NCBI GenBank assembly: GCA_001830835.1
Contig: MICJ01000009.1
Location: forward strand, 1-48,818
Reading direction: 5' to 3'
Source: Syntrophobacterales bacterium GWC2_56_13
GTDB lineage: Bacteria; Desulfobacterota; Syntrophia; Syntrophales; UBA5619
DNA: 48,818 bases
Shown here: piece after piece, positions 7,241 to 16,001 of the stretch
Layout: every line of letters begins with the position of its first letter
Position numbering within the stretch: the stretch's first letter is position 1
Notes under the pieces: model-generated
Databases searched by the model: none
What the model was told of the DNA's origin: nothing
The model's input: the letters and a program-made list of their open reading frames with translations, nothing else
Program-made: the position numbers and the translations under genes

Positions 7241-7808
7241 AAAATTCTACCGCAGAATACCCCGTCCTGTGGACGCCGAAGTTTGACACCTCAATTCAAT
7301 AGTACGTATAATTATCAGTTAGATATAAATTTTATCCATCCGTTTTATACACTGCATTGTTCCCCCGAAGAGCAGGCGGAAGAGAAGGTGCGCCCAATTC
7401 CTTCAGGATCTCCTTCTGCTCCGTCGTCGCCTCTGTAGCCAGAAGAGTGAAGGGGGAAGAGAACGATGCCCACATTTCTCTCTTCCAGAATAAGTGACTT
7501 CATACCCCAAAGTGTAACTTAAATATCTTTAAAAATTGTCTTGACAACCGGGTCCACCTTAAACGATTGTAAGCATATCGAGTCAATTTAATGTGCGACG
7601 TTACAGCCCCGAATGGCTGGTCAAATGTTCGTCGCCCTCTTTGATGATAAATTCTACAGGTCGCATTTTCACCTCCCAGATGTTGCTTCTGCGGCAAGTG
7701 AATACCATAAATGACCTGTATTATCAAGTATTTATATTAATTACAGCGGCTTTCGCGCCACTAATTCAAGTATATCTTATTAGCAATAAGACATGCAAGG
7801 AAAGGGTT

Positions 7809-9509
7809 ATGAGTTCTCAGATTCAGCTTCAGCTCTTGGACTTGGTAAACAAAGAGAAATTGGAGAGAATCCTTCGAGTCTTCACCGAGGTCACTGGGGT
7901 GGCGTCAATCATTGCCAATGTTAACGGACACCCTATTACTAAGCCGCTTAATTTCACGCCTTTCTGTCTCAATTTTTGCCGTTCCACTGATAGGGGCAAG
8001 CGTAAATGTCACGAAAGCGACCGCCATGGAGGTCTGGAATCTGCCCGATCCAGAAAACCCTACATTTATAATTGTTTGAACGCCGGGCTCATTGATTGTG
8101 CGGCTCCAGTCATCGTGGCGGGTTATCATCTGGCTACAATTTTGGCGGGCCAGGTCCTGGAGGAACCCATTGCTGCTGAAGCAGCCATTGAACGGGCCAA
8201 AGCAATCGGGATAAAAGATAGAGAAGATTATTTGCAGGCACTGGAAAAGGTACCTTTGATGACACGCGAGCGGTTGCTGGCTGTTGTGAACCTTATGTCC
8301 GAGATCACTCAAACAATCAGCGAATTGGCTTTGCAGAAAGACCAATTACACAAACATTCTCAGCATTATCTCAGCAGGCTGATCAACAGCGTTTCCGATT
8401 GCATTCTATCAACGAATGCCGATGGTAGAATCACCATTGTTAATCAGGCAGGCGTTAAAATGTTTGGCTATGAAACCGTGCAACTTATCGGCGAGTCCAT
8501 TAGAAAGCTTTTTGCGGAGGATGATTCAAAAATTCCGCAGTGGAAGAATCCAGATTCGAGGCTGAGCTTTAATCAGCGTGGCGAGCTAACAGCTATCTCT
8601 TCGGAAGGGCAGACTTTTCCGGTACAAGTGTCCTTCTCTGCAATCGGCGACGCTGGCCAACAAAACACCGGTTATGTATGGGTTATCAGGGACATCTCGG
8701 AAGAGAAAAGGTTGGAGCGGATGAAAGAAGACGTGGTGAACATGATCACTCACGATATGAGAAACCCTATAATTTCCCTGCAAAATGTCTTACAGCTTAT
8801 CGTTAATGGAACTGTTGGACGCCTCAATCTGAAGCAGAAGAACGTTATGGAATTGGCCCTGGCAACCTGTCATCAACTCTCCGGAATGGTGAGTGATATA
8901 TTGGACATTTACCGAAATGAAAGTGGACAGTTTGTACTGCACTGGACCCCTGTGTCCATCGATCAAATCATTTTAGAGAGCTTCAGCCAGCTTGATCTTT
9001 TTGCAAAGGAAAAACGGATATCCATGCAATTTGAAACACCATCACTTCCACTGAAATTACTGGGAGATCAAAAGCGCCTGAGACGAGCTCTTGTCAATTT
9101 ACTGGAGAACGCTATCAAGTACAGCCCGGAGGGCGGTGTTGTCCAGGTTGAGGCGGAAATGCGGGATAGGGGTTGGGAACAATCGGGAAAGCTCGAAACC
9201 ATCCCATCAGATCCGACTTCGGTGAAAGCAGAACAGGATTGTCTTATGCTTACGTTCACGGATCATGGTATCGGCATCCCTGCCGAATACCGTCAGTGCA
9301 TTTTTGATAAATATTTTATCATTAAATCGGAAAGTGAAAGCCGGAGGGAGGGGATTGGGTTGGGTTTGGCTTTTTGCAAGCAGGTTATTGAAGCTCATGG
9401 TGGAAATATATGGGTTGAGTCGCCAGTCCTGAGCGATGCAGCAGGCCATCGACGAGGCTGTTGTTTTTATGTGACATTGCCGGTCAATTTCGCGGAATCG
9501 AGATGCTGA
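7809..9509 (+). CDS. Cytoplasmic sensor histidine kinase: PocR sensory domain, PAS, HisKA, HATPase_c
   Basis: The PocR-like N-terminus includes VASIIANVNGHPITKP...FCLNFCRSTDRGKRKCHESD...LIDCAAPVIVAGYHLATILAGQV. The PAS region includes SDCILSTNADGRITIVNQAG. H-box ITHDMRNPI, N-box LLENAIKYSP, G-boxes DHGIGIP and GIGLGLAFCK. No TM segment is present. The start was chosen at ATG 7809, after AAGGAAAGGG. Confidence 0.85.
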   Translation: MSSQIQLQLLDLVNKEKLERILRVFTEVTGVASIIANVNGHPITKPLNFTPFCLNFCRSTDRGKRKCHESDRHGGLESARSRKPYIYNCLNAGLIDCAAPVIVAGYHLATILAGQVLEEPIAAEAAIERAKAIGIKDREDYLQALEKVPLMTRERLLAVVNLMSEITQTISELALQKDQLHKHSQHYLSRLINSVSDCILSTNADGRITIVNQAGVKMFGYETVQLIGESIRKLFAEDDSKIPQWKNPDSRLSFNQRGELTAISSEGQTFPVQVSFSAIGDAGQQNTGYVWVIRDISEEKRLERMKEDVVNMITHDMRNPIISLQNVLQLIVNGTVGRLNLKQKNVMELALATCHQLSGMVSDILDIYRNESGQFVLHWTPVSIDQIILESFSQLDLFAKEKRISMQFETPSLPLKLLGDQKRLRRALVNLLENAIKYSPEGGVVQVEAEMRDRGWEQSGKLETIPSDPTSVKAEQDCLMLTFTDHGIGIPAEYRQCIFDKYFIIKSESESRREGIGLGLAFCKQVIEAHGGNIWVESPVLSDAAGHRRGCCFYVTLPVNFAESRC

Positions 9510-9586
9510 TAACTGTAGTCATAATCTCGTAGAAAAATGGATTCAACAAAACATAAAATGAATGACGGCAAAGATTTATAGAAGCT

Positions 9587-10252
9587 ATGAGAGTTTTCCT
9601 GGCAGATGATCATCCTTTGTTCCGTATCGGTCTGAGAATTGCTTTGGATCAGGAAACGGACATCCAACTTATTGGAGAAGCCAGTGATGGCTTCAGTGCG
9701 GTCGAGAAAATCCAGGTCGACCCACCCGATGTTTCTCTCATCGATGTGGACATGCCGGGGATATCAGGCATTCGGGTCATTCGCATGCTTCGCAAAGCGT
9801 ACCCTCAAATGAAAATTATAGTACTTTCCACTTACGATGACAAGAATTACATCCATGGCGCCATGCAGGCGGGCGCCGACGGCTACGTGCTCAAATGTGT
9901 TGAGGTTGCTGAACTGGTTCGGATCATAAAGTCTTTTTTTGAGGGACATCAGGCAGTCTCCCCCTATCTGGTGAACCTGTCCTTGGACTTCAAAGCGACT
10001 GTAAGTACGAGCGGGGAAGTCAAAAAAGTTGAGTATCCCGTTTTGACTCACCGTGAAAAGGAAATTCTCCGGTCCATCATCGAGGGTCAGAGCAATAAGG
10101 AAATTTCTCATACCTTGTATGTCAGCGTCGAAACCGTGAAGAGTCATATCAAGAGCATCTACCATAAACTACAAGTAAAAAATCGTGTGGAAGCAGTGAC
10201 AGTCGCCATAAAGCAGAATGTCCTTCCACAAAACGGTATTCATCTAAACTGA
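9587..10252 (+). CDS. NarL/FixJ (LuxR-type HTH) response regulator
   Basis: REC domain (LADDHPLF...DVDMPGISG...VLSTY) plus a C-terminal LTHREKEILRSIIEGQSNKEISHTLYVSVETVKSHIKSIYHKL. Confidence 0.9.
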   Translation: MRVFLADDHPLFRIGLRIALDQETDIQLIGEASDGFSAVEKIQVDPPDVSLIDVDMPGISGIRVIRMLRKAYPQMKIIVLSTYDDKNYIHGAMQAGADGYVLKCVEVAELVRIIKSFFEGHQAVSPYLVNLSLDFKATVSTSGEVKKVEYPVLTHREKEILRSIIEGQSNKEISHTLYVSVETVKSHIKSIYHKLQVKNRVEAVTVAIKQNVLPQNGIHLN

Positions 10253-10310
10253 CATTCCCCAAAAATCACCCAAACGAGGGACTTAATTTCACCCTTATGA
10301 GGGATTTACA

Positions 10311-10339
10311 TTGGCAATTGTTTATGTTTATCCTACAAT
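10311..10339 (+). promoter_or_regulatory. Sigma70-like promoter candidate for the BMC operon
   Basis: TTGGCA (10311-10316), 17-nt spacer, TACAAT (10334-10339). This would give a leader of about 225 nt before gldA. Confidence 0.5.
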
Positions 10340-10572
10340 TCACAGAGGGGTTCTCCATAGCAGCATGCTTCGTGATCCGACACTGAACATTGCTGTCAGC
10401 TCTGACTATTAGGCCAAATTCTCTAACCCTGAGCTTCGCTCTTTCTCAACAACCCCTTACAGATCTATACCAATGCGGGAAGTGCGTCCAGTTAGACGTA
10501 ATTATGGAACTGAGCGTCTCGCTGTCGACGTGTAAGGCATGATGAGTCATTTGATGAAGAGGAGGTAATGCT

Positions 10573-11679
10573 ATGAGTCGGATGTTACTTGCACCAAGTC
10601 GTTACGTCCAAGGGGAGGGAGCCATCCATGAAATCGGCTTGCACGCCGCAAAGCTTGGTACTAAGGCCTTACTTACCGGAGGGAAAAGGGCTTTAGCCGC
10701 CTGCGGTCAGGCGATTCAAACCAGCCTCAAAGAGAAAAACATCAACTGTTGCCAGGAGCATTTTAACGGGGAATGTTCGGACAATGAAATCAATCGCCTG
10801 GTGAGCCTTGCGCGAAAAGAGGGTGCTGATTTCATCATCGCTGCGGGGGGCGGCAAGGTCATCGACACGGGAAAAGCGGTAGCCCACTTTATGAAAGTGC
10901 CGGTGATCGTCGTGCCAACCATCGCCGCAACGGATGCTCCCTGTTCTGCATTGTCGGTGGTTTACACTGATGCGAGCGTTTTCCAACGGTACCTGGTATT
11001 GCCTCACAACCCGGACTGCGTCCTGGTCGATACCCGTATAGTAGCCGATGCTCCCGTTGAAACCTTAGTGTCCGGCATGGGGGACGCCCTCGCCACCTTC
11101 TGGGAAGCGGATACGTGCAACAAGAGCTGTAAACCCAACGTACTCACTGGAGGAACTCCTCCCACCCGTTCCGCTATCGCGTTAGCCCGCCTGTGCTACG
11201 ACACATTGCTGGAATACGGACTCCAAGCCAAGCTGGCGGTTGAGAACCATTGTGTGACACCGGCAGTTGAAGCCATCGTTGAAGCCAACACTTTGCTGAG
11301 CGGTTTGGGCTTCGAAAGCGGAGGTCTGGCCGGCGCTCACTCAGTGCACAATGGATTTACCGTTCTGGAAAGTTCCCATCACAAACTCCATGGCCAAAAA
11401 GTCGCCTTCGGAACCCTCACCCAGTTGGTTTTGGAAGGCCGTTCATCAGATGAAATTTATGAGGTATTGGATTTTTGTCTCACCGTAGGGCTGCCGGTTT
11501 GTTTGGATGATTTGGGCATTCACAATCCCACGCGAGAAGAAATCCGAAAAGTGGCTGAAGCCACAACGGCTCCGGGTGAAACCATTCATGCCACCTGGTT
11601 CGAAGTCACTGCCGATAAGGTCGAGGCAGCAATATGGACGGCCAACGCCTTGGCCAAAAACTACAAGGAGGAGGGCTAA
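10573..11679 (+). CDS. gldA: Glycerol dehydrogenase-type (family III metal-dependent polyol dehydrogenase)
   Basis: Near-colinear with remembered Bacillus GldA: GGGKVIDTGKAVA, PTIAATDAPCSALSV, VEANTLLSGLGFESGGLAGAHSVHNGFT, HGQKVAFGTL. Confidence 0.9.
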   Translation: MSRMLLAPSRYVQGEGAIHEIGLHAAKLGTKALLTGGKRALAACGQAIQTSLKEKNINCCQEHFNGECSDNEINRLVSLARKEGADFIIAAGGGKVIDTGKAVAHFMKVPVIVVPTIAATDAPCSALSVVYTDASVFQRYLVLPHNPDCVLVDTRIVADAPVETLVSGMGDALATFWEADTCNKSCKPNVLTGGTPPTRSAIALARLCYDTLLEYGLQAKLAVENHCVTPAVEAIVEANTLLSGLGFESGGLAGAHSVHNGFTVLESSHHKLHGQKVAFGTLTQLVLEGRSSDEIYEVLDFCLTVGLPVCLDDLGIHNPTREEIRKVAEATTAPGETIHATWFEVTADKVEAAIWTANALAKNYKEEG

Positions 11680-11811
11680 TCATGGCTTTATTACCCGTTT
11701 CCATAAGCATTGGAGTGTGAGACAAGGTTTAAGAGGACGGATCGTGGACTGCCAAGCAGGGCTGCCCACGATCCGTTGGCAGTGATCACATCAAGACTTG
11801 GAGGATTGAAA

Positions 11812-12099
11812 ATGGTAAAAGAAGCATTGGGATTGATCGAAACGAAGGGGCTGGTCGCCATGATCGAAGCATCGGACGCCATGGTTAAAGCTGCCAACGT
11901 CCAGTTGGTCGGGTACGTAAAGATCGGGGCAGGCTTGGTGACCACCATGGTGAGAGGCGACGTGGGAGCGGTGAAAGCGGCCACTGACGCAGGTGCGGCC
12001 GCTGCACAAAAGGTGGGGGAAGTGATTTCAGTCCATGTGATACCCAGGCCACACCAGGATGTTGAAAAGATCTTGCCGCAACTCCCTGTTAACGAATAG
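11812..12099 (+). CDS. pduA: BMC-H hexameric shell protein (PduA/PduJ-like)
   Basis: [30 protein letters not shown]...[17 protein letters not shown] lies 6 nt upstream of ATG 11812. Confidence 0.9.
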   Translation: MVKEALGLIETKGLVAMIEASDAMVKAANVQLVGYVKIGAGLVTTMVRGDVGAVKAATDAGAAAAQKVGEVISVHVIPRPHQDVEKILPQLPVNE

Positions 12100-12150
12100 C
12101 TGGAAATAGGACCATATCCATAATTGTACAGAACCGGGAGGTGATATCCG

Positions 12151-12969
12151 ATGCAAGAGGAACTAATTAACAGAGTCATGCAAGAGGTGATGAAAAGGGT
12201 GGGTTCTGCGGCCTCCGGGAAAGCGAACCCGAAAGAATCTGAGGGAGGTGGCCCCAAGACGGTGCTTCCCAACCCCGACCTGGTTCAGGTCACGGAGTTT
12301 GTTGGAATAGGCTTGGGAGAGACACAGGGGATTGTCATTGCCAACCTTGATCCTGCCATTCACACGTTAATGGGAATCCCCGAAAAATATCGTGCAATCG
12401 GGGTGATCGGCGGCCGTGTTGGGGCAGGCCCTCAAATCATGGCAGCAGATGAAGCCGTGAAGGCCACCAACACCGAAATACTTGCCGTGGAAATGCCCCG
12501 AGATACAAAGGGTGGAGCCGGTCACGGAAATTTGATCATCTTCGGTGCAGAGGATGTATCTGATGCCCGGCGCGCGGTGGAAGTGACGCTGGAAGTCTTA
12601 CCGAAATATTTTGGGGATGTCTATGCCAACGACCAGGGGCATCTTGAACTACAGTACACCGCCCGCGCCAGCCGTTGCTTGCATTACGTGTTCAAATCTC
12701 CCGAAGGGAAAGCTTTCGGGTTGATTCTTGGGGCGCCCGCAGTGATCGGCGTATTGATGATCGATACGGCGGTCAAGGCGGCGGATGTCCAGGTGGTGGG
12801 TTATGCTTCTCCCGCAAAAGGAACGAGCCTCACCAATGAAGTCATGATATGGGTAACCGGAGACTCGGGTGCAGTGCGCCAGGCTGTCACGGCCAGCCGT
12901 GAAATAGGAATCAAGCTGCTTGGTGCATGGGGTCAGGAACCCAAGTCTGTCACTCAACCATACATTTGA
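12151..12969 (+). CDS. pduB: BMC-T tandem-domain shell protein (PduB-like) with an N-terminal amphipathic extension
   Basis: Two BMC domains (AIGVIGGRVGAGPQIMAADEAVKATN; PAVIGVLMIDTAVKAADV). The protein is 272 aa. The N-terminus is MQEELINRVMQEVMKRV. Confidence 0.9.
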   Translation: MQEELINRVMQEVMKRVGSAASGKANPKESEGGGPKTVLPNPDLVQVTEFVGIGLGETQGIVIANLDPAIHTLMGIPEKYRAIGVIGGRVGAGPQIMAADEAVKATNTEILAVEMPRDTKGGAGHGNLIIFGAEDVSDARRAVEVTLEVLPKYFGDVYANDQGHLELQYTARASRCLHYVFKSPEGKAFGLILGAPAVIGVLMIDTAVKAADVQVVGYASPAKGTSLTNEVMIWVTGDSGAVRQAVTASREIGIKLLGAWGQEPKSVTQPYI

Positions 12970-12986
12970 TAGAGAAGGGGCAACCG

Positions 12987-14654
12987 ATGAGTAAGAGACA
13001 AAAGCGCTTTGAGGTGCTGGCCCAGCGTCCAGTCAACAAGGACGGCTTTATCAAGGAGTGGATGGAAGTGGGCCTTGTTGCGATGGACAGCCCAAATGAT
13101 CCAGCACCTGGAATCAAGATCCAAAACGGTAAGGTTGTCGAGCTTGACGGGAAACTCCGTGAGAAGTTTGACATGATTGATTTATGGATTGCCGACCATT
13201 CTATCGACACCTCGATAGCTGAGAAGGCCATGGCCATTGATTCGACCCAGTTTGCCCGGATGCTCGTGGACATCAATGTGCCTCGCGCAGAAATTGTGCG
13301 CCTATCCGTAGGACTGACGCCGGCCAAAATATTGGATGTCTTGAATAAGATGAATGTGGTTGAGCTGATGATGGCCATGCAGAAGATGCGGCCCCGCCGC
13401 ACGCCTTCCAATCAGGCCCACGTGACCAATCTGAAAGACCATCCTGCCCTCTTGGCGGCGGATGCCGCGGAAGCGGCCTTCCGTGGCTTTACGGAAGAGG
13501 AAACCACCGTGGGGGTGGGGCGCTATGCTCCCATGAATGCCCTTTCCTTATTGGTGGGCGCCCAGACGGGCTGCCCCGGTGTCATCAACCAGTGCGCCGT
13601 GGAGGAAGCGCTCGAACTCAGCATGGGTATGCGCGGACTCACGGCCTATGCGGAAACGGTGTCCGTGTACGGTACCGAGCAGGTATTCGTGGACGGAGAT
13701 GATACTCCCTGGTCAAAAGCGTATCTCGCTTCCGCCTATGCCTCGCGAGGTCTCAAGATGCGGTACACTTCAGGGACCGGTTCGGAGGTGCAGATGGGCT
13801 ATGCCGATGGCAAGTCCATGCTATACTTGGAGATTCGCTGTGTGATGCTCGCCAAGGGAGTAGGCGTCCAGGGCGTGCAAAATGGTTCCATCAGTTGTAT
13901 CGGTGTTCCCGGATCCGTTCCCTCCGGCATTCGCGCGGTGCTTGCGGAAAACGTGGCCACGGTCCTGCTGGACCTCGAAGTGGCCTCGGGCAATGACCAG
14001 ACGTTTACCCATTCGCCCATTCGCAATACAGCTCGCATGCTCATGCAGTTTCTCCCCGGTACGGACCTGATCGTTTCGGGCTACAGTTCGGTGCCCAATT
14101 ATGACAACATGTTTGCCGGCTCCACACATGACTGCGACGATTATGACGACTGGCTGGTTTTGCAGCGCGACCTTCAGATTGACGGCGGCCTGCACCCGGT
14201 AAAAGAAGCGGACGTCATCGCGATCCGCAACAAGGGCGCCCGCGCCTTGCAGGCCGTGTTTAAGGAAGTGGGGCTCCCACCGATAACGGACGAAGAGGTT
14301 GAAGCCGTCACCTATGCGCATGGCAGCAAGGACGTGCCTGACCGTAATGTGACGGAAGATCTCCGCGCCATTGAAGATTTCATGAAGCGCGGCGGCAACG
14401 GGGTCGACGCGGTGCGCGCATTGGTAAAACATGGATTCCGCGATGTGGCGGAAGCGGTGCTGGGCATTCTCAAGCAAAAAATTTCCGGCGATTATCTCCA
14501 TACATCGGCCATTCTGAAACCCAATTTCGATGTATTGAGCGCGGTGAACGACCTCAACGATTACCAGGGACCCGGTACCGGTTATCGTCTCGAAGGTAAA
14601 AGGTGGGAAATCTTGAAGGACATCCCGCAAGCCATCAGTCCTGAAGATATTTAG
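12987..14654 (+). CDS. pduC: B12-dependent diol/glycerol dehydratase large subunit
   Basis: MSKRQKRFEVLAQRPVNKDGFIKEW..., TPSNQAHVTN, QCAVEEA, SVYGTEQVFVDGDDTPWSKA and GVQNGSISCIG match PduC/DhaB1. Confidence 0.95.
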   Translation: MSKRQKRFEVLAQRPVNKDGFIKEWMEVGLVAMDSPNDPAPGIKIQNGKVVELDGKLREKFDMIDLWIADHSIDTSIAEKAMAIDSTQFARMLVDINVPRAEIVRLSVGLTPAKILDVLNKMNVVELMMAMQKMRPRRTPSNQAHVTNLKDHPALLAADAAEAAFRGFTEEETTVGVGRYAPMNALSLLVGAQTGCPGVINQCAVEEALELSMGMRGLTAYAETVSVYGTEQVFVDGDDTPWSKAYLASAYASRGLKMRYTSGTGSEVQMGYADGKSMLYLEIRCVMLAKGVGVQGVQNGSISCIGVPGSVPSGIRAVLAENVATVLLDLEVASGNDQTFTHSPIRNTARMLMQFLPGTDLIVSGYSSVPNYDNMFAGSTHDCDDYDDWLVLQRDLQIDGGLHPVKEADVIAIRNKGARALQAVFKEVGLPPITDEEVEAVTYAHGSKDVPDRNVTEDLRAIEDFMKRGGNGVDAVRALVKHGFRDVAEAVLGILKQKISGDYLHTSAILKPNFDVLSAVNDLNDYQGPGTGYRLEGKRWEILKDIPQAISPEDI

Positions 14655-14677
14655 GCATGAGTGAGGGAGGCAGAGAA

Positions 14678-15322
14678 ATGAACATTACCGAAGATATAGT
14701 CAGGGAAATTATCCTTGAAGTTTTGCGGGAAATGGAGGCGGGAGAACAACCTGCCGGATCTTTCAAGGAGGGCGGAACCCCGCTGGCAATCAAAGAAATC
14801 GGCGTTGCCAGGGCCGGCGTTGCCAAGAATGAGGTAGTCATTGCGGTGCCCCCCGCATTCGGTACGGTGATGAACAAAACCATCGTCGGCATTCCCCACC
14901 AGCAGGTCTTGAGAGAGATCATCGCCGGCATTGAGGAGGAAGGCCTCAAGGCACGTCTGGTCAGAATCTATCGGACGGCGGACGTTGCGCAAATATCTCA
15001 TGAAGCCGCGAAACTCAGTGGTTCAGGAATCGGGATCGGCATCCTTTCCCGGGGCACTACCGTCATCCATCAGAAAGATCTCAAACCCCTTCAGAATCTG
15101 GAATTGTTCTCGCAATCCCCTCTTGTGGATTTGGAGATGTTTCGCGCAATTGGGAGCAATGCCGCGAAATACGCGAAAGGGGAAAGTCCCCGCCCTCTGC
15201 GGGTGCGTAACGATCCCATGGCTCGGCCTCGGTACCAGGGACTCGCAGCGCTGCTTCACAACAAGGAGACCCAGTACGTGAATCCGGATAAGCAGGCCCA
15301 GGAAGTCACGGTTCAACTTTAG
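14678..15322 (+). CDS. pduD: Diol/glycerol dehydratase medium subunit with an N-terminal encapsulation-peptide-like helix
   Basis: MNITEDIVREIILEVLREM parallels Salmonella PduD MEINEKLLRQIIEDVLRDM. The core includes EVVIAVPPAFG, IAGIEEEGLKARLVR and GTTVIHQKDL. A GGGAGG SD precedes ATG 14678 (alternative ATG at 14657). Confidence 0.9.
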   Translation: MNITEDIVREIILEVLREMEAGEQPAGSFKEGGTPLAIKEIGVARAGVAKNEVVIAVPPAFGTVMNKTIVGIPHQQVLREIIAGIEEEGLKARLVRIYRTADVAQISHEAAKLSGSGIGIGILSRGTTVIHQKDLKPLQNLELFSQSPLVDLEMFRAIGSNAAKYAKGESPRPLRVRNDPMARPRYQGLAALLHNKETQYVNPDKQAQEVTVQL

Positions 15323-15385
15323 CATGGCCTCTGACTTCGCCTCGGGCAGTGAAAGGCACACAACTTGTGGGAGGAATAGTCGACG

Positions 15386-15949
15386 ATGAGCGATGAACAA
15401 TTGTCGAAAATGATAGAGCGCATGGCCCAGACCAAAGGGGTCAATGTCTCTCCCGAGCTTCTCAAGGAAGCGGTGAAGAGAGTCGTGACGGTCCTGAGCG
15501 AGAGTTCCATGAGCGCCCAGGCGCCTGCACACAAGGGACTTGACCCGAAGAGAGATTATCCCTTAGCCCAAAAACGACCCGATTTGGTGCAAACGTCCAC
15601 CGGCCTTAGCCTTGCCGATATAACCCTGGACAAGGTGGCAAGTGGAAAAATCGCTTTTGAGGACATGAAAATACGCCCGGAGACTCTGGAATATCAGGCG
15701 CAAATCGCTGAAGCCTGTGGGCGGCCGCAACTGGCCAACAATATCCGGCGGGCTGCAGAGTTGACGCGCCTTTCAGACCAGCGTGTCCTGGAGGTTTATG
15801 AATCCTTGAGACCCTATCGCTCCACCAAAAAAGAGATGCTTGATATTGCCAATGAACTGGAATCAAAATACCAGGCTCGCATCTGCGCCGCTCTAGTGCG
15901 GGAAGCGGCAGAGGTCTATGAAAAGCGGGGTCGGTTGCGTCGAGAATAA
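15386..15949 (+). CDS. pduE: Diol/glycerol dehydratase small subunit with an extended N-terminus
   Basis: DYPLAQKRPDLV, MKIRPETLEYQAQIAE, RAAELT, LRPYRSTKKEML and YQARICAALVREAA. Confidence 0.9.
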   Translation: MSDEQLSKMIERMAQTKGVNVSPELLKEAVKRVVTVLSESSMSAQAPAHKGLDPKRDYPLAQKRPDLVQTSTGLSLADITLDKVASGKIAFEDMKIRPETLEYQAQIAEACGRPQLANNIRRAAELTRLSDQRVLEVYESLRPYRSTKKEMLDIANELESKYQARICAALVREAAEVYEKRGRLRRE

Positions 15950-16001
15950 GAGCGTTTCCGTCGAGAAAGCCCAAGAGATTGATTTGATGGAGCCGACCGT
16001 C

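Noticed and set aside
7330-7503. A 57-codon minus-strand ORF (MKSLILEERNVGIVLFPLHSSGY...) in a slightly G+C-richer patch between the SatP-like and kinase genes.
   Set aside because: No recognisable motif, no SD, and odd composition. It could be a decayed remnant, but nothing supports a call.
7593-7808. The upstream 72 codons of the histidine kinase ORF. The same issue applies to the extended track starts for pduA (11710), pduC (12927), pduG (15918), pduM-like (20334), pduN (21262), cysK (38841), mnmA (43124), nadA (43929), MOSC (45894) and cspA (36212).
   Set aside because: The extensions have no family similarity, often overlap the preceding gene, and lack an SD. Internal starts reproduce the canonical N-termini (for example MAYIAGVD for PduG and MSKRQKRFEVL for PduC) and have SD sequences.
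10253-10572. A cobalamin riboswitch in the BMC operon leader.
   Set aside because: No B12-box-like sequence or characteristic multi-stem core was visible by eye. It is retained only as something to test with covariance models.
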